From the NCBI GenBank assembly GCA_040285745.1, contig JAUFOR010000004.1, positions 558,001 through 622,000 of the forward strand: DNA of 64,000 nt, read 5' to 3'. Under the pieces are notes generated by a model. It saw only the letters and a program-made list of their open reading frames with translations. It did no database searches and had not been told where the DNA came from. A program made the translations under genes and the position numbers. This document shows, piece after piece, positions 30,101 to 43,942 of this stretch (its first letter is position 1; every line of letters starts with the position of its first letter). The stretch is from Barthelona sp. PCE. Lineage: Eukaryota.

Positions 30101-33100
30101 AGAATCAATGGCCACATCGCAGGATATTCTAGTTCCCAATTCAGAAACAGCGCAGAGCGTGGTTGTGTTGCCCATGCGAAGGAGGGTGACGGAACACGAG
30201 TCCCAGTTTCTGCCTTCCCATTCCACCGTTGTGAGCGATCCGCGGTTGGCAAAATGAGTCTTGCTTAAAACGAATAGCTGTACGAATGACACGGGGAGCG
30301 TTACACGTTGGCCCACGGTATACTCGATGCTGAGCACGGATGACTCCGTGACTGCGACTTTATCTGTCGAGACAATAAACCCGCCATCAACATACGCTGA
30401 AAACGGCACGTTATCCAGTAGAACAACTGCTGCGTCAAGATTTGCATTTTCGAGTTGGATGGGAGGCAACGTTGTCTCGTCCGCATACATGACCTTCTGA
30501 GGTGAGACGCCAAACACAAGTACCTCTCTGTTGAGACTGAGCCAGTCCCCGTCTTGCTTCATGATTGCAGCGTTGAACATACCAGTTGGGAGTGAAACAT
30601 CGCACTCGAAGACACTGATCTCGTGAAGATCACGACAGGGCACCTGAATCGAAAAATGTAAACTTGTTAACTTCAGTTTTGGCTGCAGGGCTAGTGGAAG
30701 TTGTTCAAAACCAATGGTAAGAGTCGAAGTATCCTTTAACTCTGTACTGGGAATCTCTGTTGGATGAATAGTTGGGAGGAAGGCGTATGAAACCGAAACG
30801 GGGTTGCTTGTTTGACCATCGACGTTCACTGTCAGAGCGAATGTTTCGGTTAACAGCGTAGCACTTGATCTGCACATGGCCAGGGGTGGCGGAGGAAGGT
30901 TAAGTGTCGCGCTGGTGTGCGATATCACAGTTACAGGAACAGTTGCTTCCCAGCCGGAAGCTGCATAAAGATGAGCTGAGGCAAGCTCTCCTGATGGGCC
31001 GAAATTATTACCAGTAAGGCGAACCGCTGTGGATGAGAAGCAAACACCAGACACACGGGAGTGTATGAATGGAGGTTGATAACCGATAGTATAATCACTC
31101 GTGTATACTGAGCCAACCTCAACAGAGTAGTCGATGGTTGCACCGGTTCCCTCCATTACACTCACCATCAGCTCATTGGGGCTCACCACTTTGTTTAGCT
31201 GCATCTTATCCGAAGCTAACGTAGTTGCGCCTGGGAACGCCAGCGATCCAAGAAAGTCACCATAAACAAACACGACATCACCTGCTGTTGCAACCAATGG
31301 CGGATTAAACGCCATGATGACAGGTGCAGGTGGTGATACTGTGATAACGGTCCCATATACTGTGATTGCCGCATGACCGATGCATTCAGAAATCGTAACT
31401 TTGAGATTGTGTCTTGATAAGATCAACTCAAAAGCAACAGTGGACGAGTTGGTCGCTGATGCCACCTCGCAGCCGCCGTTGTATTCTGCGCTGATGGGGA
31501 TAAGCTCAGTCTGAGGCAATTGTGTCAGTTCGATCGATGTGATACCGAGAGACGGCGGTGGAAGCACAACACTACGCTCGTAGCAGTATGCGTCATAGCA
31601 GATATCCAGAGATATCTCATCGTGGGCACAGCTGTCAACTGGAAGGGTGGTTGTGATGTCTGTATCTTGCCACAATGAAACAACTACCTCTACGCCATTG
31701 ATGCGGAGAATAAACGAGGCACTATCAAATGTCACAGGTGACAGCAGATCGGTTCCTCTTATCACCAGAGCTATTCCTGTGACTTCTGCTCCAGTGATGG
31801 TAGGCGGTGTTCGTGATACAAACTCGAAGACTCCCTGGCTCTCACCTTTGTTCTTGAACTCAATAGTGTGGTTATAACCGTAGAAAGAAGAAAAGCGTAG
31901 ACCGGCTGTCGTTTCAGTCAAGGAAAACAAAGATACAGAAACTCCGTCAACCGTGGCTGTGTACAAGTCGCAGCCGAAAGTACTCCTTTTGAAGAAGTCT
32001 GCCACAAGATCAAACGAGTCCCCACCCCTGACTACAACTGGGGCAGTGGAAAACGAAAGGGGTTTGGAAGAAAATGAGCTGACGATATCTTCTGCACCAT
32101 TTTCTTTGCTTACTGTGAGGAGCGTGGATTTTAATGTGAAGTCTCTCGTATCAACATCGCACAGGACGCTGATCTGGTTCGTATCGACCTGACAGCCGAG
32201 AGTTTTCCTGCTACAAACCGACTCAAGCACAAAGTCATAGAATTCCAACATATTTGTCACTTCACTATCATATGTACAGTTGATGCGCGTATCTGTTCCG
32301 CGATCCAGCACAGTAGGGGTGCAGTGCACGGAATTCATTAACTCTGGCTGGAAGTGCTGGTAGCTATACTGATTCATAGCAGACCAGTACATGCCGAATG
32401 TGTGCTCATAGACGAGACCAAACGTTGTGGGTACTGGGCTATTCGTGAGTTGCGCTCGCCTGTGTTGTAATGGGTTGAAAGTGATTAGATCTACGTTTGA
32501 AAGCGCAAAATCTGTAATATCTGCTGTTTTTTCAACAAACAGCAGTCCACCACTACCCGTCATCGTTTTTATATCAGAGGACAGATCCGTGTATGTGGGA
32601 TGCTCTCCAAGCGAACAACCAGCAATGTTGTGAGTGAATCCTCCATCGACGGTACACTTATCACTTCCGTCGTACTCTATATCAACGAACTCTCCTCCAA
32701 ACGTACTGATACTTACATCTCCACCCCCTACTTTTATAGAAGAGTTTGTGTGTATGTTTCCCTTAAGAGATAACGTGTTCGCTTCATGATCTGACACGAT
32801 AATGATGTCTCCGCTGAGGTTCTGAGCTGTTGAGTTAGAAACAACAAATGTGCCTTTAGCTTGAGACTGCCATCCATTGCTCAGAGAGACGTTGTAGTTG
32901 GAACCATAAAGACCCGCATTTGTGACGGCCCCTGTGACAGCACCACTTTCTGCGGTGTTCACAGTTCCGTATGGGAACAATCCACGAACTTCACCTTGCA
33001 AGGAGACAGTATCACCAGAGAATACTCCTTTGAATTCACCGCTTAGTGTGCAACTGTCAAAGTTACCAATAACCGGGTTCTCAGCAGCGTTCACTAGCCT

Positions 33101-36100
33101 AGCATTCTCAAGATACGAGGGATTGGGTGCAATGTGCTTGAATATCAAGTTGTCCAAACGAAATGCATCAAGAGTGCGAGAAAACAGTGTATTGTCATAG
33201 TAATCAGGTGCAAGCGTGAGATTAAGAGGCGTGGTGCCAAAGATCACAGATCTCACATTGTCGGCAGCAAGCGATGTCACAGCATCAGTCAGAGCCAATG
33301 CGACATCCAGCTTTCCCAATAACGTAAGAGATTCTCCATCGAAGCGCAGTTTAACACGATCATTCTTATCCGTGAATGTAGTCAGATCAAGTGTTAGATC
33401 TGACACACCAAAACCAAGATCAAAAAAGTTCATAGTTGTGACGCCGATTGTGAGGGGTTCAGTCGTGGATATATATATCATCGCACTACGAGCGTACGCA
33501 ACCAGTACGGTATCTATGCTCGACACAGTGATCTGCGATCCGTCCATCAGCGTAAACTCTTTGGAGAAAGAAGATGCTGTTACACGAGCGCCGTTCTTCA
33601 AAACCATCGCGTTTGGGTCCGAGGGTAGATGAACTGCAGAGTCCTCAACGAACAATATGGTATTGTTCAATTTAGTTATCGTCAGGTCAGCCAATGTACC
33701 GTCAAAAATTCGCAATCCGAGACAGCTCAAACCCACACCCGACAACTCTCCGTCTATCTCATAGGCCCACACAATCGCTGCAGTGTGTGACTGACTGGGA
33801 ACATCATAGATAATGGTAAACCATGAATCAGCCTTAAAGAGACCAACAGCAGTCGCTCCTGCGGATTTATAGTTCTCAAATACCATAGAATAAACGGTAT
33901 AAACGGTGAAACCGCTCAGTATTCTCATATAGCACAGTTTATCATGGTCAAAGTGAAAAAGAGTGCATTTTCAGAGGGAACAAACGTGCACGGTTGACTA
34001 GATGGTGAAGTAGAAGCTCCCTGGAACGTATGACTGTGATTTAAAGGGGATAAAATACACCGTTGGGCATATGACGGATTACTGAATTGATATACTAAGA
34101 ATTGATGAGTAAAACCAACTGAAAAAATTTCTGGTGTGTGATCACATCCATCTGTGTTGAATTGAAGAATCGCAAATTCAGAGACAAATACTGGAACTTT
34201 TATCCTCTCAAGGTAATTAATTTCATTAATCACACATATAGAATAATCTTCAAAATATAATTGCAAATTAAAAATATTTTCGGATAAGGTTGTATCATAT
34301 ATTATCTTCTTAAAAACAAAAACAATTGCCTCATAATCTGCATTTTCTTCGATGATATCACAGTTTGAACTGCATAAAATGGTTGAGTTTTTTAATTCTG
34401 GACGAATAGAAACTCCATCAACATAGACCAATGCACCATCTGAATTTGTGCATCTAATTTCCGTTTTTTGGTAGATAAATGCAAAAGGAGCTGTCGAAAT
34501 TGAATCAGTATTTGGTATAAACATGTATGCATCAACTTGATTAGTAGACGAAGTTAACGTTTCTCGCACAACGTTCCCTCTTATGTTCTGATCGCCCATG
34601 ATACCATCTATGTAGCTAAAACTCACACTGGTCGATCCATAATCCATACTAAATACAGATATATCAATTTTTGAGGTACTATCAAGGACAAATCCGTTTT
34701 GGACTTCATTTAATCTCAATATTATCACCTCACCACTTAATTTAGTTGAAAGTTGAAGATCCAACGATGCCTTGAAACCACCAAAGAGTAATGAATGTAA
34801 TCCTAGGGAAAATGTTTCAATATCTTGATGTAATACATCTGTGGAACCACTGAAAACACCAATACTTTTAAACATATTATCATCAGTGATTGTGAGATCT
34901 CCAGCACTAACAATTACAATACTGTCCGTACTGCCAGAAACGGAAACATCACTAAGAATAAAATTCACACCAGGAGAGGAAATAAACGACATGAAAAGAC
35001 TTCTAATAGCAATCTGGAATGGTTTTTCATCGGTTTGTCGCAGGTGAAGTGGGTTCGTTATTGCAATGCTTAATACAGTGTCTGGTTCAGTGGTAGTAAC
35101 AAAACCTGAAGTGTACTCGTTCACAAGAAACACTGATATCGATGCATCAACAGCCAGAGTTGTGGTGTCGATCAGATTGATCAGGCGGACGACCAGGAGG
35201 GAATCTATGAATGTGGATCCAATAGTCGGTGTGGAATTGATTTTGTGAGCTATCGTAGCGTAAGTTCCCATTTATCTCGGTGAGGCTGAACCCCTCGATT
35301 AATATGGCTGGACTTAGGCAATTATTAATTGTTATTGTACTTCCAGTGCTGAATACGCATGTTGTATACGATACTGCATTACCGACCAAAACCCGTGAGT
35401 TATCGATTCTAAAGGCGTCATCGATGTCAGACACTGAGCGGAGTCCCACTGTGGAATCGACAAAAGCTGTTGAACCAGTGAAGTGAGTGATGTCAGTGAA
35501 CTCGACTGTTGAGTTTGTTATTGTCAAATCCGTCGTCTGGGTCGGCACCTCAATTTCCAGAGAGCTGTCCGTAACGGTTCTGAGCGTTCGCATGGGGGCG
35601 AGCGATATCAGTTTGCCGCTGCTGCTTTCAATGTTGACTACATTGAGATTCAAAGTACGTAACTCTACTGTGATATTGTGAATTTGAAGAGTGTCCACTG
35701 AAAGCGCGTGGACAAACATTGTCATGCAATCTGTCTCGACTGAGAGCGTACCAATGGACAACATTGTTAGGTGCGGTGTGAAAGAGACTAAATCGAATTG
35801 CCCTGCAATGCTGAGCTTTGTAAAGTGCGTTTCTAGATCGGGAAGAATCAAGTAGCCATCCTCTTCAACCCTGATGCTGCCAGCTCGTCCATATACACGG
35901 GCATGCTTGACGATAATGTCGACATTGGGCGCATCGCGAAGGACTACACGCAAACAATTAAAGTTTGCGGTAATTCTGATGTCTCCCATGATGCGAACGC
36001 GTGTAAAGAGTTCGCATATGTGCTCGAAGTCACCCGATGTGAACGCTTTTGACTCAAACGAAAGGGTTGAGTTTGCTGCAAGCTCCTTTTGGGTTATTAT

Positions 36101-39100
36101 CGAATCATCGATGGTGAATTCCCTATTGACGACGATTGCGCCACTTGTCCAGCCGCCGTTGATGCTCAGGGAATCAGTCTTGATAAAGGCGCCGATCTCA
36201 ACAATGGCATAACCCATATGGATGAAGGATTCAGTCTCAATAGAGGCGCGTACAATCCGGGTACTGGTGTCGCTGTTAAGAACCAAAGATGAAGTAACAA
36301 GTGTGCCATTCACAATACCGCAACCCTTCTCGGGAGATTCATCTGTGTATACACTCAATACAACACCACTCTCAACCCGAAGTGTATGGGCGTTCATGTA
36401 TATCTTACAGTCGTTGCATGTGATTGAGCCTGTGATTGTTACATCAGCGTCTAAGAAGGCAAACGAGTTGTCTAGGACAAGATCACCATCAACCCGGTAC
36501 GCAAGACGAACCGAACTTGTGTTCCGAATAATAAGTGAGTTAACAATAACATCGTATGCAAACACGTGAGTGTTAGTCTCAGTTACAGTCTCTTTGAGCT
36601 CAAAGTTCCGATAAAAAACGTGCGTGAACGTGTCACCTGTGTGGATTGTTGGAGTACTTGTGTATGCTGGCGCATCCTCAAACAATACACGGTCTTTGGT
36701 CATCTTATCGTCCGAGAACTCCTCGCCAACCGTGATAGAATTCACATGCGGTGGAATAGCGACGGGGTTTTCTTCCATCACATCATTCATTGAGAAGGAC
36801 ACATCGAGGTCCGACATGGCTTTGAACTTGAAGGGCAACTGGTATCGGTTGCCATAAACAACATCACACGTTCCACACGACCACAATGCCGAAGGGCTGT
36901 TTACCAAATATAAAACGTTACCATTGATAGAGTTCCAACGCGAAGTAGGAAGCATTACGACGTTTGTTGCTGTGATAACACCCGTTGCTCTTGACCCAGG
37001 CATGAGGAAAAGCGATTTGATTGTTGTTGAGTTCAGATGAATACTTTTATATGCGAATATCTTACTTCCAAAATTACCATTCAGCATAGTTTCTCCGGTG
37101 GCATTCACAATGCAATCCACCGTCGTCGAATACATCTTAGAGTCCATCACGTGAATGGATACACCAGATGGTTCTGGTGAAGTAAGTACGAAACCATCAA
37201 AAATAGATTCCTCAGGGAAGACGACAGAGCAGTGATCAATTGCACAATCGATCGCTACCTCACCGGTGTGTACGTTCCTGGTGATATATGTGGTCGGGTG
37301 ATTGAGAACAATACCTCCCGTCAGCAGATTAATCGATTTAACGTGCCCAATTGCTCCTTCAACCGCTTCCTGAATGGTAACATCTGCCAATTCGCCCTCG
37401 AATGAGGCATGCCGCAGAGAAAGGGTGGCAGTGATGCTGATGTCACCGGTTGCAATAACGCTTACTGAGCCGTATTCACAGATAACAGTGATGTCACTTG
37501 ATGCGCTGACAAAGAAGTATGACGGAACAAGACACGACAGCACAGGATCCATTGCCAGAAGGGATGTGGTGAGTGTGGCGTTACCGCTCAGAATCAGCTC
37601 ATCAGGCGATCCAACAAATTTGAGTATTTTGTGCACAGTTAATGCCAGATGGAGGGTGCCACCGCTGACGTGGATCTCCACAGGTTGGTTTGTCTTACCA
37701 TCTAACCGCAGTGTTACGTTGTGGCCGACATGTACCTCCAGCTTATGTGACGCGTCATGATAAACTGTACCATTAAAATAGTTAGGAACATCAATACTGG
37801 TTTCTGCTGGCAATAACTCATAAACACCGCCATCTACGATTGAATAGCTTTCCGTGAAGTTATCACTCAGCCCAGTCTGCACCAGAACACCCCCATCGGT
37901 AATGTAATCAATTTGATCGTCAGCATTATATTCCATTCTCAACCCTTCTGAGATAACAAAGTAAGTTACTTCCAGAACTGAAGGTGGGGTATGTGTGAGA
38001 GTGTGTTCTGGTCTAGGTATAAAGCGTACCGTTCCAGCAATGCAGCAATCTGCCACATTGCGAATAGTCGTGAAAGTTCCATCATATACTGTTGTCTTTC
38101 CCATTGCAGCCACATTTAGCTCAGCAGAAGGAACCGAATCTAATAATACAAAGCTATCCGCTAGCATATGATACTTGTTAAAAGCAACATTAGTGTAAAG
38201 GTGACCAAAGTAATCATGTGTTCCATCTAAAGAAATATATGTTACTGTTGTTTTTGATTCATATATGTATAGAAACATAGGATTCAATATTCTAACGTTG
38301 AAGAAATTAACTAGAACATCCTCAAAGAAGACACTACGCAATGTTTTGGAATTGACTTTTCCAATTATATTAAAAAAGATGTCTTGTTGGCTACAACTTC
38401 CAGCATCAGACGGGCACAGGCGCACCAAGTGTAAGCTTGTGGGTGCCGGGAAGGCATTAAATGTCGTAATATCATTATCCCGAATCGATATTGATGAGTA
38501 TGGGTGAGTTGCAATCACACCACTGGAAAAACCACTATTTTCTTTAAAAACAAGATGGCCTCCTTCATGTACATTGACCAAACCACCAATAATCATTGTT
38601 GTTAAATGCATTACACCTTTGACATCAAATAGACATTGGTCCATTCTGTTTACGTTGAGAGACGCACCAACTGGGATGATACATCGGGCCCTCGTGTGGC
38701 AATTGTACGCTTCAACGATTGAGTTACCATAGGAGGTTATAATGCTTGGATTAGTTGACTGCAGGTATATATTTTTGCAATCGGTGATATCCATACGAAC
38801 GGAAGGAGTTACATACACAGCTAGCCCTACGCTGTTTTCCATAGGAGCTATGGATGCTGTTCCTGTCGCTATCTCAAACGAAATTATTGTTGATACTGTA
38901 ACGTCGAATTCTCCCTCAGTACTTATAACCAGCTCAAAACGACCACCTCCAGTGTTGAAACGAGTTCCACTATGTTGCCAGAGGTGAAAAACTGATAAAA
39001 CGTCCCCACTCATGATTACTGTTGGGACACCCCCAACAGAGTTGTAAAACGCTGAATAATGAACTATATCGAATGAGGTTGAGTCGATGTGTATATGCGG

Positions 39101-41122
39101 TGCCTCACCCTTGTAAACCAAGAAAATATGAACATCTGTTATTCCTCCCAAAGAGTGCAGGTCGAAAACATGAAGTTTAGAAAACAGCATTATCCTTTCG
39201 CTAGTCACGTATACAGATCCGGTAAACGCACCTGTCAAAATGAAATGGGGCAGAGTTTGAGTTATAGAACCGAAGTTCACAGTGTCAGTGTCGTCTCCAC
39301 GTAAAACTACTGATCCAATACCCGAAATTTTAAATGTTTCCAGATTCGAGCTTAGATATGTTGTTGACGTGGGAAACGAGACGAGCATCTGCTCTATATC
39401 AGAAAACTCACAAATGGAACCAGGGAACGCAATAAACATGTCATTTTCAGCATCTTCCAAGCATTTTCCAAATACATCATCGTAATAAGCAACTCGATAG
39501 ATGCTATCTAAGTAGGAAATATCTGCAGGGTCAATACTTTTCCCTAACAAAATTGTGCCCCTATTGCTACTTGCTGGTGGAGAAATAGTATACCCTGCTC
39601 CACCTTGATCATCATCCAGTGCATCGATGTATATTGTTGACTTGATTGTATTCGGAGCTATTGTTATTAAAGCTATTGATTTAGCAACCAAAATATGTAA
39701 AAAAGCATCATCGTCCAGAGAAATGGTTGCGCTCTTCTTTGCTTCCAGCAACCCAACGTGGACTGAAACGTCGTACAGCGTCAAGTACGCTGCTTTTTCA
39801 ACAACTTGCACATGATCAAACACAAACCGTCCTTCTTTCAGTTGAACATCGCCTGCTGTACTAAAAAATCCAATTTTCACAGTTTGTGCCATGATCGTCA
39901 GCATATTCACAGATATGATGAGTGAATCAGCTTCTATATATTGGGTTTGAATATGAACGTTAGTTGGATTAATTTGTGTAATATTTCGTATGGAAAGAGT
40001 TCCCATTCCCTTGAGCATGACCATTTCAATACTGGTAGAACTGCCCATTACTACCATATCATCAACCCGGACAACATGGGCGTGTAAAGTTAGTATTGAT
40101 GAAAGCAATGTTAAAGTGTTGATACTGAGCAAATCTATAGATACATCAAACACTAAACTATCTGAATAAATAACATTTGCTATGGTTACATTCGCGTAGC
40201 TGTTGGCTGCGTAAAAATGGCACTTGATTCCACTGTCAACATGAAGTGTACCTTCCACGTATACAGCCATTTCGTTAGCATCTAAAGTACCTATTTGGGC
40301 TTTTTCCTTTGTGTTGATGTTTCCTCCAGTTCCTTCGATTTTCTGCACATGCACACCCTCATGTATTGTCATGTTACCACCATAGCACGTTACGTCACAG
40401 TTCAAATCGTAAAAAACGTGGAAATTTGTTGATTGCTTACCTATAGCATTGGCATACTCACAAAAGCTGCTATCATCTGAGAGCTGTGTGATTGTGAGGT
40501 TAAAAGATGAGTCAATCCTTGGGAATGACACATCCAGTACATAGATCATTCTTTCACACATAATATGAGCAGATGAAACAGTTGCAATAGAGCAGTTCTT
40601 TGCCATAATGAAACCATAGTTACCAATTTGTGAATTGCTCATTATTAATACGTTTGTGTGAAACTCTCCCATTCCAAAGTGATCGAATGTTTTGAAAAAC
40701 ATCTCATCAGCAGTGACAACCCCAGCATCCACAGACGTTACTGTGATCATTGATAATTTTCCTGTCACAGTCAAAGAATGATTATTGAAAAAAATGCGAG
40801 ATGAATCAAAGACCACATTTCCTTCGACTATAACATCATCCTCAAGATGTATGTTAGAAGATGATACCGTCACATTACCAGGGGCAACGAAATACCCGCT
40901 AATACGCACACATGCTCGGTCAAAACTGAGGCTTTTGACGGTGGTTACTCCTGATATCGTTCCTACATCAGAAGATGTTAAAGCTATGTCAGAATCGGGC
41001 ATATATGTGTCTGTGTATGTTATATGTGTTTGTGTAAGTGCAAAAAACAGAGAAAGAAAAATAAAAAGTGTAATTTTGACCCGCACAGTATTGTTAAACC
41101 TTGAAAAAGAGCTGAGCATCAT
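27126..41122 (-). CDS. Giant (~4,650 aa) cell-surface protein, read as four frames (35147-41158, 33925-35271, 28172-33928, 27126-28196)
   Basis: N-terminal hydrophobic signal; beta-strand-rich ectodomain; IPT/TIG-like repeats (LTGNNFG, VDGQTSNP, RGTDL, EGTDL); Cys-rich CGPGTYKNEIGNEPCAECP module; multi-TM C-terminus. The consecutive ORFs overlap end to start. Confidence 0.8.
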
Positions 41123-41343
41123 TTTCGATACAACAATACGAATGAAAAGGGTATTCAATGTGTAATTAGGAAGTTGGTTGTTGTAGTGTATAGTTACTCT
41201 TATGGTTTTTTAAGCGAGGTGCATTGTCTTTTTAAGGAATAAACATCCACATGAAGCATGCAAAAAGAAGATATTTTGGAATATTGAGCAAAGCTGAAGT
41301 GTTGTGCCATTCATTACCTTTTCACTGATAACTATTTTGTAAC

Positions 41344-43245
41344 ATGCCAGCTAAACCGGGGTTAACACCAGAATTTAAAGCGATTCTTGACCAGGTGTCG
41401 TTTAAAACCCCTGATCTGAAGAATTTGCGCCTCAACTTTGATAGCGACTCTGAGAGTCCTGTCAGCTCCGCATTTTCAGTTCCTTCAGTGTCTTCCAACC
41501 ACGAGGAAGAGATTTACAAGCATCAAATTGCAGTTCTTCAAGAGCAGCTCGCTATGAGCTCTTTTCAGCACAAAAAGGAGATCTCGCACCTGAAGACATC
41601 GTTTCTTGACGAAAAGATGCGGTTCAAGAAAGAAATTAGGGGATTAGAGGACGAGGTTGAGCAGTTGAAGATGTCCAAGAAAAAGCAAATTGGTGCCCTT
41701 CGGCAATCAGAAGAAATCAGTTCATCAGCGCTGGATGAGCTGAGGACGGCTCCTTTGATCGTTGATGTAAGAGAACGTGACGGAAACGACGTTTTGAGTA
41801 CAATTCGTCGTCGTGTACACGAATTAATGACACCGTATCGTAATAGAGAGGCAGAATTTCAAGCAGTAAGCATCGATCTCGAGCAGAAGAAGCAAGAGAT
41901 TGCTCAGTTGAAAGATACGCTTATTGAGAAGCAGAACCACATACAGGTTCTAACAAAAGCATCTGTTTCAAACGTTGATACAAGAACAAGAAGCGTTCCA
42001 GCCGAAGAAAGCTCACATACACAGGAGCTGAGGACGAAGATCAATGAATTGGAAAGCGCCAACCTTGTTTTACAAGAACACATTAATATGGCAAAGGAGT
42101 CCGAAACAAAAAGCGATCGACAGTATAAGATGCTGGTTGAAGACAAGCAGTATCTAGAGAAGGAAGTAAGCAAGAAGACAGGTGAACTGCGCATTCTGAC
42201 GGAGGAGAATACTAGGCTTCGAGATCGAAATCTTGAATTGCAAAATTATAAGGATGAAAGTCAGCATATGCTTTTACAGGAATTACAAAACAACAGGTTG
42301 GATTTCCAACAAGTTTCTTCCCAAGAGTTGCAGCGTATGCGCGATCTATGGAATATTGAGAGGGAAAAGCAAAGAATAGAGTTGATAGAGGGTTATGAGA
42401 AACAGATGAATCATTTAAAGCACTCTAACGATGAACTTTTGGCCGAAATGAAGCATCTTCGTAAGGAAAAAGAGAATATTGTTTCTGATTATCATGAGTG
42501 CCTGGGCCGATTGAGGTTAATAGAGGAATCAACAAATAAGCGTATTAATGAACTCATTGGCACGGTTTCAGCAAAAACCATTGAGGTACAGAAGTGTCAG
42601 CTCACTGCAGAAGATTACCGTCAACGATATCTAGATTTTGAGGATAGGCTTGATCGTAGTGAAAAGAAAGTGCACCTACTCAGGAAGGAGGTACTTGTCG
42701 TCACCAAGGAGAAAGACGACACAATTAGGATGATTAGAGCTGAGCACGCAGATATGCGCTATGAACTGCAAAGACTACGTGAGCTAGAGGCCCAGTTCGA
42801 GGGTGGCAAGCCCAATGATGTGGTTGGCAGCTTCACTGCGCTATCGTTTCAGATCACTTCACTCCGCGAACGTTTGGAGCATGCTGAGAAGGAACGACTT
42901 ACTTACGAGGAGAGATATAAGCAGTTGGAACAAGCAAACTCGAGTGCAAGTCAACCACACCAGTATATTGTTGATCTATGCAGAGAGAAGGAGGCAAAGA
43001 TTGGAAATCTTGAAAGAATGCTTGCGTCAACACGAAAACACTTAAAAACAGCTGAGGGAAGTCGCGATAAATACGAAGGTGAGCTTAAACGATTGCTGTC
43101 ACAACGTAGCACTCTAATTAATGTATTGAAATCAGTTCCTCAGTTGCAAAAGAGTGAACGTATGGTTTCTCTTCTTAATTCTATTGGAGAAAGTACTGTT
43201 GAACATGTCTCACAGCCAATGTGGGCCAGGAAACTGGGGACTTAA
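41344..43245 (+). CDS. PIBF1: Coiled-coil centriolar protein PIBF1/CEP90-like
   Basis: Coiled coil with DKQYL, QPHQYIV...KEAKI, LKRLLSQR and terminal P.W.RKL motifs. Confidence 0.75.
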   Translation: MPAKPGLTPEFKAILDQVSFKTPDLKNLRLNFDSDSESPVSSAFSVPSVSSNHEEEIYKHQIAVLQEQLAMSSFQHKKEISHLKTSFLDEKMRFKKEIRGLEDEVEQLKMSKKKQIGALRQSEEISSSALDELRTAPLIVDVRERDGNDVLSTIRRRVHELMTPYRNREAEFQAVSIDLEQKKQEIAQLKDTLIEKQNHIQVLTKASVSNVDTRTRSVPAEESSHTQELRTKINELESANLVLQEHINMAKESETKSDRQYKMLVEDKQYLEKEVSKKTGELRILTEENTRLRDRNLELQNYKDESQHMLLQELQNNRLDFQQVSSQELQRMRDLWNIEREKQRIELIEGYEKQMNHLKHSNDELLAEMKHLRKEKENIVSDYHECLGRLRLIEESTNKRINELIGTVSAKTIEVQKCQLTAEDYRQRYLDFEDRLDRSEKKVHLLRKEVLVVTKEKDDTIRMIRAEHADMRYELQRLRELEAQFEGGKPNDVVGSFTALSFQITSLRERLEHAEKERLTYEERYKQLEQANSSASQPHQYIVDLCREKEAKIGNLERMLASTRKHLKTAEGSRDKYEGELKRLLSQRSTLINVLKSVPQLQKSERMVSLLNSIGESTVEHVSQPMWARKLGT

Positions 43246-43246
43246 C

Positions 43247-43852
43247 CTAAACTTTATTAAAATATTGCAAAAGAGCCAATCCGCTTTTAACACTCTTTGG
43301 AATTATAGGTTCTTCTTCCACATCACTATCAAGGTCACTCATATCCTCTTCCTCTTCAGGATAAACTACATTCCATTGTTTGACTGATACAGAGTCAAGC
43401 ATCATCTGCAAAGCAAAAGCTGCATCGGCTAGTTCAGAAATAAACCATGGTTCATCAATAGGAAGGTTGTTGACTGTCAGGAAATGGTTGATGTCTTCTT
43501 CTGATGAAGGATCTGTAATAAGGTTAATGATGAAACCGATACTTAAAAATCGAACACATTTTTCACAATACCAACGTAATGATGTGATCCTAAGTGTCCT
43601 ATCGGATAAGCTGGGCTCGAAACCAGGGATCAAAAAGATTTCTTCAGCTGGAGTACCTGTTGTACCACAACACTCACAGGTTGCTGTGTCTTGCCCTGAA
43701 ATGAACTCATCAAGGTCTTCCCTTTCCGTTTCAGTTGTGCAAGGTACTTCTGTGAAATCAAACAGTCTGGGAACGAGGACTGGTTGTAGTAAAAGGTTTT
43801 TCTTTGCGATATGCTCAAGTAAGCTGTCAAATTCCGAGTGTGTGAAGGTCAT
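43247..43852 (-). CDS. Hypothetical zinc-binding protein (CxxC...CxxC, HNH-like spacing)
   Basis: CECCG...YCEKC, followed by HFLTVN. Confidence 0.6.
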   Translation of the reverse strand: MTFTHSEFDSLLEHIAKKNLLLQPVLVPRLFDFTEVPCTTETEREDLDEFISGQDTATCECCGTTGTPAEEIFLIPGFEPSLSDRTLRITSLRWYCEKCVRFLSIGFIINLITDPSSEEDINHFLTVNNLPIDEPWFISELADAAFALQMMLDSVSVKQWNVVYPEEEEDMSDLDSDVEEEPIIPKSVKSGLALLQYFNKV

Positions 43853-43942
43853 GTGTGTGTTATTCGCTTGAAAGAGTGAGAAACTGTCAAACAAGAAGTT
43901 TGTTCGTATTCAATGTATTTTGTTTTTACACCCTTTTCGAAC

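Noticed and set aside
35308-35340. 33-nt GT..AG mini-intron on the minus strand near the first frameshift
   Set aside because: Length is a multiple of three and it lies upstream of the blocking TAA, so it cannot fix the frame.
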